Part shown: one piece after another, positions 23,989 to 35,397 of the stretch
Layout: each line of letters begins with the position of its first letter
How positions within the stretch are numbered: the first letter of the stretch is position 1
Origin: Eledone cirrhosa
Lineage: Eukaryota
DNA: 64,000 nt
Reading direction: 5' to 3'
Assembly (NCBI GenBank): GCA_964016885.1
Contig: CAXHJY010000335.1
Span: forward strand, 10,354-74,353
Position numbers and translations under genes: made by a program
The notes under the pieces: model-generated
Databases searched by the model: none
The model's input: only the letters and a program-made list of their open reading frames with translations
Told to the model about the DNA's origin: nothing

Positions 23989-24090
23989 CTGAAATGTGGT
24001 CACTCTCTCATGGGCTAGGATATCTTCTGAAAACTTTGGACACACGCAGTAGATATTTTCTTCAAGTTTGACATACTCAGTAAGTGTAAC
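23989..24090 (-). CDS. HELQ: HELQ exon (RecA1-RecA2 linker; not in the ORF track)
   Basis: VTLTEYVKLEENIYCVCPKFSEDILAHERVTTFQ continues FRP|V as in HELQ; CCTAG acceptor; CAG|GTTTGA donor. Confidence 0.9.
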
Positions 24091-24137
24091 CTAGGTTTTT
24101 GAATATACAGAAAAAATAATAAAATAAAATAATGAAA

Positions 24138-24520
24138 TTTACAGCTCACATGTATATAGGTTTAGCTGGCCTCTCATAGGAGCTTGCATTTCATAAGAGG
24201 TTTCTCAAGTATTTTATCATAGCACCAGCACTACCACTTTACAGGGTCAACTGGTTTATTTTTTATCATGGCAGCATCACTGGTGAAGCACTCTGCTCAT
24301 TGCAGACCCTAGTCCTATCATAGACACATATATGTTGTTACAGCTCACATCTATGTAGGTTTTGCTGGCCTCCTATGAGCTTGCATCTCAAAGGAGGTTT
24401 CTTGCGTGTTTTAATAAGGGCCCAGTCCTAACATAGACACACATAAGTATGTTGTTATAGCTGACATCTATGTAGGTTTAGCTGGCCTCCAATGGGCTTG
24501 CATATCAGAAGCAGTTTGTC
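24138..24520. repeat. Three degenerate direct repeats (starts about 24138, 24338, 24456)
   Basis: Recurring TTACAGCTCACAT.TAT.TAGGTTT.GCTGGCCTC...GCTTGCAT. Confidence 0.75.
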
Positions 24521-24707
24521 GGGTGTTTTAAAGATAGGGGCACCAGTCTTAACATAAAAAGCAACATGTAATGAAATATACTGCACAATGTTCCAAGTTG
24601 ATGATGATAGTGAAATATTCTTATTACTACTATGTACCAGTAACACACTGGGATTGATTTAATCAGCTTACCCCTCCCCCTAAAATTAGGTACCATTATT
24701 ACTATGG

Positions 24708-25137
24708 GGGTGGTGGATTGTCAGATTCACTAGAGAGTTTGAAAAAATACATTACTGTATCTAGTTAGGTTTCTTTACATTCTGAGTTCAATCCTGCCAA
24801 AGTCAGCTTTAATTTTTACTACTCCAGGTTGATAAAATAAAGTAGTAGTCAAGTACTGCAGTCGACATAGTTAATTTTCTCCTCACCCCAATTTATTGGC
24901 CTTGTGTGTGAATTAGAAATCATTATGATTATCGGTAGAGCGTCAGACACCATGCTTTGCAGCATAGAGTTACGGCCCTTTACCATCTGAGTTCAAATCC
25001 TGCCGAGGTTAGCTTTGTCTTTCATCCTTACTTGGGTTGATAAAATAAAGCACCAGTAATGCACTGGGGTCGATTTAATCAACTTTCCTCCTCCCCCAAA
25101 ATTGCCGGCCTTGTGCCTATAGTAGAAATTATTATTA
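24708..25137 (+). mobile_element. Two tandem tRNA-derived SINEs abutting a HELQ donor site
   Basis: B-box GAGTTCAAATCC; core GCTTTG.CTTTCATCC...GATAAAATAAAG.ACCAG; (ATT)n tails. Same family at about 39229, 41262, 51345 (-), 52146-54622 and 61739. Confidence 0.8.
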
Positions 25138-25142
25138 CTCAC

Positions 25143-25240
25143 AGGTCTGAAATCATTGGTATAAAGTTCTGCATTGAGGAATGTCTTGAGGTCATCAATG
25201 TTGCTAAGTGTGGCACTCATAGCGATTATCTGGCAGTTGT
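25143..25240 (-). CDS. HELQ: HELQ exon with motif III (SAT)
   Basis: [32 protein letters not shown]; TTGCAG acceptor; CCT|GTGAGT donor. Confidence 0.95.
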
Positions 25241-25258
25241 CTGCAATGAGAAGATTAA

Positions 25259-25668
25259 CCCTTTAACATTTACATTACTCCATATTTACTATTATATTTT
25301 CATGGTAAAGGCTTTAGCTCAAATAACATCAAATCTATGAGATTTTCATATTATTTATTTTGAGAACAATACGTTAACATCAGTATGAGCAGCCAGTTAC
25401 AGCTGGTTTGAATAGAAAGAGGTGAGAGAATTATGGCCGGACACGGCTACTTTAAATGCTAAAGGGTTAACCCTTTAGCATCATATTTTCACAGTAAAGG
25501 CTTTACCTCACATAATTATCTCACATAATATCGAATCTATGAGATTTTGATATTATTTATTTTGAGAACAATACCATAACATCAGTATAAGTGGCTGGTT
25601 ACAGCTGGTTTGAACAGAAAGAGGTGAGAGAATTCTGGCCAGATATGGTTGGTTTAAATGCTAAAGGG
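25259..25668. mobile_element. Two tandem piggyBac-type MITEs (25259-25466 and 25471-25668)
   Basis: TTAA|CCCTTTA...TAAAGGG|TTAA termini with a shared central TTAA. Confidence 0.85.
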
Positions 25669-26882
25669 TTAAAGACTAAACAATAAGAACAACAACTGAA
25701 TAATAAACATGGTGATTATCTGGCAGTTGTCTGCAATGAGCAGAGTGCCTCTCCAGTGATGCTGCATGATAAAAAAAACAACCAGTCCACCCTGTAAAGG
25801 GGTAGTGCTGGTGCCATTATAAAAAGCCCCCAGTCATCATTGTAAGGTGGCAGTGCAGATGCAACAACAAAAAGCACCCAGTCCCATCCTATAATGTGGT
25901 AGTGCTGGTGTCACAAGATAAAGTGGCCTGTCCACCGTGTAAGGTGGTAGTGCCAGAGTCATGATAAAATGTTCCCAGTACATTTTGTAAAGTGGTTGGC
26001 ATTAGAAAGAACATCCAGTCATAGAAACAAAGCGAAAATGGGGTATATGCGTAATGAGACAACCGATCCAACCTATACAAGAATGGAAACTAAACATTAA
26101 ATGGTCATGATATGATGATAAACAACAACAAACAACAGCTGACAACAACATAGTGATTACCTGGCAGTTGGGTGCAATGAGGCAAGTAAACAATAAACAT
26201 CAACAACATCTGATAAAAAACAAACAAGAATAACTAAAAACAACAAAATTCTTTTCCCATTATTTTTAGTAGTAGTAGTAGTAGCAGTAACAGTAGTATA
26301 TTCTAATTTATATAATTGTTTCTACTTTTGGCACAAGGCCAGCAATTACCACAGTACATTACTGGTACTTTATTTTATCGACCCTGTAAAAATGAAGGAC
26401 AAAGTTAACCTCAGTGGGATTAGCTTTATTATTCTAGTTTATATAATGTAAATCAATATTAACAAAATTAATAGTTTAGTGGGATTCAATCGACAAGATC
26501 CCACACTTCATTCACTTACTGAGTGGGGTAGAGTTTGTCAATGTTTCCATTTGTCTTTCCATGGCTGATACTATGATATTATCTACCAGTCACAGCACTT
26601 GGCAGAAGGAGCAGCATGAAATAAAGTATCTTATTCTTGAACATAACACATCGCCTGGTCTGGGAAATGAACTCACAACTTCACGATTGCAAATCTAATT
26701 CTCTTAAAAAATTGTTATAATTTAAGATAGTAGTAATTAGCAACAACACTAACACAGTGTGATTCAGAATTGACAATAGTGAGACATGAACAGTTTCTAC
26801 CCACTAATTTTATCCCATATGAGCCAGCCACTCTACAACAGTGTCAGAAAACACAAGCATGATTTAAGAATGTGTCACTTAC

Positions 26883-26958
26883 GTCCATAACATAGAGTTT
26901 TAATTAAGGTTGTCTCTAAGGTGGCCCCTCTGCGACCTCCTTCCCCCAACATGTGCAA
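26883..26958 (-). CDS. HELQ: HELQ exon completing the DELH box (not in the ORF track)
   Basis: Manual translation LHMLGEGGRRGATLETTLIKTLCYG; TTCCAG acceptor; C|GTAAGT donor. Confidence 0.95.
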
Positions 26959-27012
26959 CTGGAATAGAAAGTCAACATTTCATTACATTAAATACATTTT
27001 GAAGTATATATA

Positions 27013-27180
27013 CCATATTTCCTGGCGTTGAAGATGCTACTTTTTTCCTAAAATAAGTCTAAAAAATCTACCATGCATCCTGGAGGTTGAAGGTTGGTTA
27101 TTATTTTTTTTCAAATTTTTGCATGTCAAAATTAGGGTGCGTCCTCGAGGACAAAGCATCTTCGGTGTTGGGAAATATGG
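27013..27180. mobile_element. pogo/Tigger-like MITE
   Basis: TA|CCATATTTCC.G.CGTTGAAGATGC ... GCATCTTCGGTGTTGGGAAATATGG|TA. Confidence 0.75.
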
Positions 27181-28124
27181 TATATATATATATATTAAGA
27201 AAAATGATGAAGTTTTGTTTACATGTAATTAGTGCTTTTATTGTGTAAATGTGGTTGGTATTAGGAAGTGCATCCAGCTGTAAAATCCCTGGCCAAATTT
27301 ACAGTCCTCGTCAGAGTTAGGTATGGCATGGCCAATTCTGGCCGACATGTCTCTCAATGGGAACAACTCTTCTAACCCATGCAAGCACAGAAAAATGGAT
27401 GCTCAACGGTGACGATGATGATAATGACTGATCTGTTACTTGCATTTTGCAGAGGATTGGCTGAAGGTCACCCATAGAAGTTACGGGCCAGACTCCATTA
27501 TCAATCTTACTTCATTAATGACCATCAAACCGAGAGTACCCATTCTATTGAGCTCAATGAATTTGATACCACCACCAGTAATTAACTGAATCACATACAC
27601 TATATATGATTTAATGTCCATTTTTCCACGCTAGCATGGGTATATAATTTATATTAAATTCCATACACTTAACATGTGTAACCTTAGGTTTTGGGGTCCA
27701 GTTATGGTCACCACTGTATAATAGAGGAGCCATTCTAAAACTGGCTGCAGCAGCACTGTGCTGTTATTTTCTTTATTGACCCTGAAAGAATGAAAGGCAA
27801 AGAGAATTTTTATCAGGATTTGAACTTAGAATGCAGAAACCTGGAACAAATAACCAACACTCAAACAAACTCTGCCAAATCAACTGCATGCATGGATGTC
27901 TGTGTTTACATTCCATAACAGTGGTTTGACAAAAAAGATTAACAGAAAATGTACCAGACTTGGAAAAAAAAATGTTCTGGGGTTAATATAACTGACTGAA
28001 AAACCCAGCATGGCCACAGCCAAATGACTGAAACCAGTAAAAGAATAAAAAAATTAGCTAAATAAGTGAAAAAACAAACACAAAAAAAGAGCAAAGCCAA
28101 GTATGTAAGAAACAAGAATCTTAC

Positions 28125-28325
28125 TTCATCAATGACCATCAAACCGAGGGTACCTATTCTATTGAGCTCAATGAATTGGTTGATCAGACTGTGACCTTTC
28201 TCAATGGTTGCTATATAGAGGGTGCTCTTCTGGTGACGTTGAATAGGAGGGTAGCGACCTTTGCTCCCGGCATACTCTTCTACCTGGAAGTTCAACTCAA
28301 CAGCCATTTCAGCAAGGGCTTTTAC
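28125..28325 (-). CDS. HELQ: HELQ exon with motif Ib and first half of Walker B
   Basis: VKALAEM...YAGSKGRYPP...LYIATIEKGHSLIN...GLMVIDE; CAG|GTA acceptor; GAA|GTAAGA donor; 67 codons. Confidence 0.96.
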
Positions 28326-28611
28326 CTGAATTGGAAAGAAAGTTTCATGACTGATGATCAAAGATTTTTTTAATGCTATTATCATTATTATACATGTGTG
28401 TGTGGTGCATCCAGTTTAGAATAGGTAAACCGTACATATCGTAAGAAGTGATTAAATGGGTTGGTGACAGGAAGGGCATCCAATTGTAGAAACCATGTCA
28501 AATATGGTACATATGAGCAAGATGTTTCTCCAATCCAGTGACAACCTGTCCAACCCATGTCCAAAGCATACATAAAATGATGATGATGATACACATCTAT
28601 CTATAAATATA

Positions 28612-29126
28612 CAGGGTGGGTGGATGGAAACTCCTTATTTAAAATTGTTAATAACTTTATTAATAATTGGTTGATTTTCATAAAACGTTATATTTTGAAC
28701 AGTATAATGGTAGAAGTACAGTACAGTTTTTACATAGGCCCCAGTGTTGTTCACCAGTGTTTGTAAATATCTGGATATATTCTCAACTGACTTCAGGCAG
28801 TATGTTGGTCAGCACATAACAAATGGGTTCCTTCCATTGAGTCAGAATTTTTGGGTTTGAGCAATAAACTTCTTCCTTCGCCCATCCCCACAGGACAAAA
28901 TCGCATTGCGTTAAGTCAGGGTTTCTTGCTGGCCATTCATGTATAGCTTGACAACCCAGCCAACATCCTGGAAATTAGACATTAAGCCGCTCACAGATAG
29001 TGCATGCAAAATGAGGAAGGGCCCTGTCTTGCATGAATATGAGGTCTCTGATGTTGTCCCAAGTGGACACAGTAGACCAACAGTTATAAGTAATTTTCAA
29101 TAGGGAGTTTCTTCCCACCCACCCTA
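28612..29126 (-). mobile_element. Internally deleted Tc1/mariner-superfamily element
   Basis: TIRs CAGGGTGGGTGGA.GGAAACTCC / GGAGTTTCTTCCCACCCACCCT; remnants FMQDRALPH and WPARNPDLTQCDF.LWGWAKEEV. Confidence 0.85.
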
Positions 29127-29170
29127 TGTATGTATACACACACATACACACACACACACACATATATATA

Positions 29171-29783
29171 TAAGTTCAGGGAGCTACTGCTACTCAACAA
29201 CAAACGGATTTTCTCTTTAAGTGAAAGGCTGGTTGTACAATGCTTGCATGTAAAGTGCAATGCTACATGGAAGTGAGATATGGGTGGTGACTGCAGAGGC
29301 TGGAGAGAAATGAATCAAGGATACTCCATTGGATGAGTGATGCTAATGTGCATGAAAGACAAAGCACAAAGAAGCTGATAGACAAACTGGGCATAAAAGG
29401 AATCAAATGCAGTGTTCAGGAGAGAAGACTGCACTGGAATGGACATAAGATGCATATGGATGATGATTGTTCGATGAAGAAGTGCATATAAGAGGAATCA
29501 AATGTAGTGTGCAAGAGAGAAGATTGCACTGGTGTAGACATGTGATGTGTGTGGATAATGATCATTGGCTGAAGAAATGCTGAAAGATCCCAGTGGGAGG
29601 AAGCTGCAGAAGAAGAAGACCAAGGAAGACTTGGCTAGAAGTTGTGAGAATTGGATCTCAAAATGCTGAACCCCAGAGAGAAAGTGACAAAGGAATGCAA
29701 CAAATGGAGGGAAGTGGTGCTGGTGAAAACCTGTCCAATTCATGCAAAGAAGGAAAGTCGAATACAAGACAGAGATGATGATA
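29171..29783 (+). mobile_element. Old 3' fragment of the RTE family
   Basis: Decayed KFREL..., AMLHGSE.W and RRLHWNGH; AACC..TCCAA..CATGC tail followed by (GAT)n. Confidence 0.75.
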
Positions 29784-30220
29784 CATATGCATAAGGGATA
29801 AAGATTCCATAACTCCTTGTGGAGTCATAGCGGCATTCTCAAACAGGGTATGTAAGGCACTTTTAAACCTGGCGAAGCCCAACTCTCTCCAGGTCTGAAC
29901 ACAGCCGATTTTTTTCTATAGAGGAAGAATCAACCCCAGTACTGGACAGGCACTTTTTTTTTATCGACCTCGAAAGCATGAAAGCCATTGACCATGGCGG
30001 GATTTGAACTCAGAGCACGCAATGAGGTGGGACGAATACCATAAAGCATTTTATCTGATATCTTAACTAGTCTGCCATTTTGCTGCCTAGTAAGCATAAA
30101 ATATACAAGGTATGATGTTGATGATAATCACATGAGAACTAAAATGGTCAGGTGAAAATGTTTGAGAAGTTAGAAAGTATAACAAAGTGAATAACAATGA
30201 TGTTTTGGGTCAAAACTTGC

Positions 30221-30399
30221 CTTTTCTTGTACAATTGAAACAAATGGTAGAATTAAAATGGCATTTTTCTTCTGGCAAAGTAGCTGACGGAGAATGATGA
30301 TTTCAGCAACAAGAGTCTTGCCACCACTTGTAGGTAGAGAGTAAATCAAATTCTTATTGGATGTTAGTGCAGCCAATGATAAACACTCTTCTTGCCAAT
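30221..30399 (-). CDS. HELQ: HELQ exon with Q motif and Walker A
   Basis: (D)WQEECLSL...[17 protein letters not shown]...[13 protein letters not shown]; acceptor TTCTAG; non-canonical donor AAG|GCAAGT. Confidence 0.95.
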
Positions 30400-30910
30400 C
30401 TAGAATGAGAACATGAAGAAACTGTTACCATATTTCTAATGAAAGATATTGCCTATGATTTTTAAACTCTTTTGAAAATTATCAAGAATTAGGAAGGGTT
30501 TAGTAACAAAACTAACTTTTTCATTATTAAGCTGGTGTTTGGAACATAAATTAACAAAGGTTCTTACAAAGAATTTTTTTAATCATAAAACCAGAGGTGG
30601 TTCCAAGTGTTTTGATATTAAAAATGTTAATGAAAGTTTATGCATTATACATTTGATAGGAACATACATATCAACTAATTGCTCAATAGTGAAACAGACA
30701 CATACATGCAATCATATACATGTGCACACACATACATTATAAAGAGTCTGGACCCGACTGCTGAGCTCTTGCCATTTCAACAGCTAGTTCCAGCTCAGCC
30801 GTCAGTTCCCGACTCTTCATTATATAGCTATACTCTACTATGCAAAGTATTGAGTACTCTGTTGAGTAATGGTCTAACTAGTTTCAAACGGGTTCTAAAC
30901 CTGATTTTTA

Positions 30911-31674
30911 CGAGGGCAATCCCAAAAGTAAGTTCTCTAAAGTGATGGGGAGGCAGAGAAACTGTTTGTACGGCTGTTGGCAACACTGTTGTGATTAGTG
31001 CTTCCTTCACTCCCAAACAAGCATGCGCGCGCTTTGCTGGGATGCTCAATCTTGGCTTGGCAGCCGTTGAGAATGGAGCTCCCGTTGGACGCTACCGCCA
31101 AGTGCGAAGTTCGCGCAGTTATTCGGTTTTTGAACGCAAAAAGCGTTGAACCGATTGAAATTCATCGCCAATTGACGGAAGTGTATGGACAGTCGTGCAT
31201 GGATGTCAAAAACATTCGCAAGTGGTGTAGAGAGTTTACAGCCGGTAATACTGAAATTCACGATGAACAAAGGAGTGAGAGACCGTCAATTTCTGACGAG
31301 ACAGTTGCAAAGGTTGAGGAAAACTTGCGTAAAGATCAACGGATCACTCTGGATGCTCTCTACATTTTGGTTCCTGAAGTTTCCCGAAGCACCATCCACA
31401 GGATTTTAACGGAAAAATTGCGACTGTCTCGTCAGAAATTGATGGTCTCCCACTCCTTTGTTCATTGTGAATTTCAGTACGACTGGTTGTAAACTCTCTA
31501 TACCAATTACGAACGTTTTTGACATCCATGCACAACTGTCCATACACTTCCGTCATTTGGCAATGAATTTCATAGTGAAGGAAGCACCAATCACAACAGT
31601 GTTGCCAACAGCTGTACGAACAGTTTCTCTGCGTCCCCATTGCTTTGGAGACCTTACTTTTGGGATTGCCCTCA
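30911..31674. mobile_element. Fold-back mariner derivative built from two left ends
   Basis: TA|CGAGGGCAATCCCAAAAGTAAG ... CTTACTTTTGGGATTGCCCTCA|TA; transposase HTH N-terminus at 31073-31420 (+), then an inverted copy of the same end. Confidence 0.9.
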
Positions 31675-31741
31675 TATATATATACATACATGTATGTGTC
31701 TTTCTCTCCCTCTCTAAATATGATGATGATGATAATGATGA

Positions 31742-31805
<64 letters not shown>

Positions 31806-31899
31806 TAACGAAGGAAATGTGGTAAGGAACCAGGTGGACCATAACGCACCAAAGTACTCAATACTTGAGGTAGTAAAGTGGGTAATAGGAACCAGTAAG

Positions 31900-31993
31900 A
31901 CCCCGACAGCTGAGCTCCAGCCGTTTCGACGGCTAATTCTGGACTAAATGAAAATTTATCCTGGTATTTAAATAGCCGATCTTCTCAAGGGGT
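31900..31993 (-). ncRNA. Type I hammerhead ribozyme (U3-A8 core variant), sense to HELQ
   Basis: Manual fold: stem I ACCCC/GGGGT; core TTGAGAA; stem II GA(T)CGGCTA/TAGCCGTC; GAA; stem III ACGGCTG/CAGCTGT; cleavage triplet GTC. Confidence 0.8.
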
Positions 31994-34186
31994 AATTCCA
32001 TATATGGTCAAAGTGATTGTCAAAAATCAGTAGTAATTCTGTGGTTGCAAATTAGTAGGGGAGATGGTGGCTAAACCTGCCAGTAGGAGAAAGAGGGGAG
32101 GGGGTGGAGTAGACCCAATCAAGCGTTGGTAGTGCCAGCTACAGCTGGGCATGAGGTCAAAGAAGATACAGGGGAGGGGGAGGGGGAGGAAGTCGGAACG
32201 GTAGGTAGAACAATGGGGGGTAGAAATAAAGGAAAGAAAAAATACTGAGAGTGAAGAAAAGCAAATAAGTGTAAAGAAAAAAGTAAAGTAAATTAAATTC
32301 TACGACCTAGGTGTCAGGCTATTGTTAGGCGAGAATAAAATAAAGAAAGAAAGAAAGAAGTAAAGAAAAAAATAAATAAAGAAATAACGAAATAAGTAAA
32401 AGAACTAGGTGGGACGGAATAGGCAAGGACCCTTTTAAGAGGTATAAGTACGTAAATGATACGGTGACGGGTCAACAAAAGGGGCCAAAATACTAAAGAG
32501 ACTACCACGAAATAAACAATAAAGGTTCCCATCCCGGGCCAGCAACGACCCAGTGCAGCAAAGTGAACTTGTACAAGATAATAATTCTGAGTCCCGAGAA
32601 AAATATATACTAATGCTAACTCTAAAAGATCTAAAACAAGCTACAAGAAAGTTCGTACGAAAAAAAGGTAGAATACGGAGAAATAAATTCAGAATCCACC
32701 CCGCCCAGAAGAAAAGCGAAGCAAGAAATACTGAAACGAAAGATAAGGCATAAGTGCCACTAAGAAATATAGAGGGCACAGAGAATAGTGGGAGCGGTTG
32801 GAAAAAGGGGGCAAGTATCCGGGGTCTAAGCCAACTGCTATAAAGGGCGGAGTCCGCCAAATCTATCATAGACTAGGGGAGGGGGTGGTGGGGGTACTAA
32901 GGCTACATGGGGCCAAAGGGCAGCCTCGGGTGGGCGAGAAAAGACGCCGACAAAGGAGAAGAGCTGGGGTAGAAGGACTAAGGAGAGAGGGGGGGGGGAA
33001 GGAAATAAAGGAAGCGATAAAAGAATACAAAGAAGATCTTACGTCTTCCTTGGCAAGCAGGGGTTACCCATTGCAAAATCGGCAAGTGGGGTGTTATAGC
33101 CCTAGTCTACCCCCCCGGGTCATTATGGGGTTTGAGGGCGAGGTAAGTCCTACGCAATCTATGTTTACATGCAGTAACCAGTTCATCTTTCTTGTTTAGG
33201 AGTTGGTCCGTCGGAAACAGCATTTGTAAAGTTTCCTCCGAGCATAAATTGCACGGACGGCGTCCTCCCATGTAAGAATTGGCTCTGAACAGTAATCTCC
33301 AAGTGAGATCATAGGTGATGTTGTTGTCCTTGAGGTCCCATATGTGGCCCGAAAGTGTAGTGGCGTGACGCCGGGCCGGGTTTCGGAAGGTATGTCTATG
33401 TTGGTATAGCCGGGTCTTGAAGTCACATGCGGTAAGTCTTGAAGGCGTGACGCCGGGCCGGGTTTCGGAAGGTATGTCTATGTTGGTATAGCCGGGTCTT
33501 GAAGTCACATGCGGTAAGTTCGTACAAACTTTCTTGTAGCTTGTTTTAGATCTTTTAGAGTTAGCATTAGTATATATTTTTCTCGGGACTCAGAATTATT
33601 ATCTTGTACAAGTTCACTTTGCTGCACTGGGTCGTTGCTGGCCCGGGATGGGAACCTTTATTGTTTATTTCGTGGTAGTCTCTTTAGTATTTTGGCCCCT
33701 TTTGTTGACCCGTCACCGTATCATTTACGTACTTATACCTCTTAAAAGGGTCCTTGCCTATTCCGTCCCACCTAGTTCTTTTACTTATTTCGTTATTTCT
33801 TTATTTATTTTTTTCTTTACTTCTTTCTTTCTTTCTTTATTTTATTCTAGCCTAACAATAGCCTGAGACCTAGGTCGTAGAATTTAATTTACTTTACTTT
33901 TTTCTTTACACTTATTTGCTTTTCTTCACTCTCAGTATTTTTTCTTTCCTTTATTTCTACCCCCCATTGTTCTACCTACCGTTCCGACTTCCTCCCCCTC
34001 CCCCTCCCCTGTATCTTCTTTGACCTCATGCCCAGCTGTAGCTGGCACTACCAACGCTTGATTGGGTCTACTCCACCCCCTCCCCTCTTTCTCCTACTGG
34101 CAGGTTTAGCCACCATCTCCCCTACTAATTTGCAACCACAGAATTACTACTGATTTTTGACAATCACTTTGACCATATATGGAATT

Positions 34187-34280
34187 ACCCCTTGAGAAGA
34201 TCGGCTATTTAAATACCAGGATAAATTTTCATTTAGTCCAGAATTAGCCGTCGAAACGGCTGGAGCTCAGCTGTCGGGGT
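34187..34280 (+). ncRNA. Second copy of the hammerhead in the inverted arm
   Basis: Reverse complement of 31900-31993; predicted cleavage after C34275. Confidence 0.8.
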
Positions 34281-34513
34281 CTTACTGGTTCATATATACA
34301 TATATATATATATATTCATGTAAAGAAAAACAAATGTACGAAAGAGAGAGAGAGCACAACTCTGAAAATTTCTGTTGCAGAAAGAAAAATGTTTGGAGGG
34401 AAAGAATCTCCATGCATCATTAGTAGGGAGACTGGGTTAATATTTGTGGAGTTTTTATTCACACACCATAATATTGCGAGGATTGGGGTTAATAGTATTG
34501 GGTCTTAACTTAC

Positions 34514-34829
34514 CATAGAGTTTTTTTATGCCTCTCTGTTTCTCGAAGAGTTCTTTGACTTTGGAAGGGAGGCCATAAAATGGTCCTATATCAAAGTTAT
34601 TATAGCCTGCATCTTTCTCTTTCTGCACAATTTCAAGGTCAGCTTTTGCTTCTGCCAGCTTATCCTGCTGTATTTTCTCAATATGTTTACCAATGTTCTG
34701 TGAAATGTGTCCTTGAGCATTTTGAAACAGGCACTTATGTATGCGTTTCTTTAAGAAAGATGTGTTTGTAGTCTTTGCCTTTGAAGGTTTCAAATCTGTT
34801 TTGTCTTCTTTACAGAAAACAGTTTCTTC
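34514..34829 (-). CDS. HELQ: HELQ exon leading into the helicase core
   Basis: TTTAG|GAA acceptor; encodes GPFYGLPSKVKELFEKQRGIKKLY, typical of HELQ; donor G|GTAAGT. Confidence 0.93.
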
Positions 34830-34939
34830 CTAAACAATTTGAAAATGAAACAATATAAATTTTAATAAAAACAAAAAGAAAAGCAACTTGATCATCAGAT
34901 TGGATCATAGAAACTATGTTTCTATTGCTGATACTATCT

Positions 34940-35320
34940 GCGTGGAAAGCTCACCCACTTGCACATTAATTCATAAGTAGACTGTTCTATTGATAAAAAA
35001 CTAGAACACGCATTGTGAAAACCGATGGAGATCCATTCCACTCCATCTTGCTTATAATACGTACATCTAAGGGTTTGAATACAACATAATGGATATATAA
35101 GAGAGGAGTCGATCGACTTTCGTCAAATCGGACCAAGGAAACAATGTTTCTGTTGGTCTTCCTAATTGCTAATACTATCTATCGGTCGCAACTTCAGGTA
35201 GAAGGAGCAACGTGAAATAAAGTGTCTGGCTCAAGGACATAACGCATCGCCCGGTCTGGGAATCGAACTGACAACCTCATGACCGCGGATCCAGTTATCT
35301 AACCAATTAGCCACATGCCT
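34940..35320 (-). mobile_element. tRNA-headed SINE of a second family
   Basis: A-box TGGCTAATTGG, B-box GTTCGATTCC, then a TGTCCTTGAGCCAGACACTTT core; related pieces at about 26560-26700 and 37105-37263. Confidence 0.7.
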
Positions 35321-35397
35321 TCACTGGATATATGAAAGTCACAATAATTTTACATCATATCATGTAATACACACATTTCATAGAAAAATTCCCTTAC

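Larger units (their letters stand above)
31807..34291 (-). mobile_element. Penelope-like element, 5'-truncated, with inverted pseudo-LTR
   Basis: GIY-YIG C-terminus FKTRLYQHRHTF...TTLSGHIWDLK...CNLC..E...LLNKKDEL...CKH (33107-33440); near-identical inverted arms 31889-32662 and 33519-34291; hammerhead motif; (TA)n flanks. Confidence 0.9.

Noticed and set aside
35250-35320. tRNA gene
   Set aside because: The A and B boxes run straight into a SINE core with no acceptor stem, so this is a SINE head.
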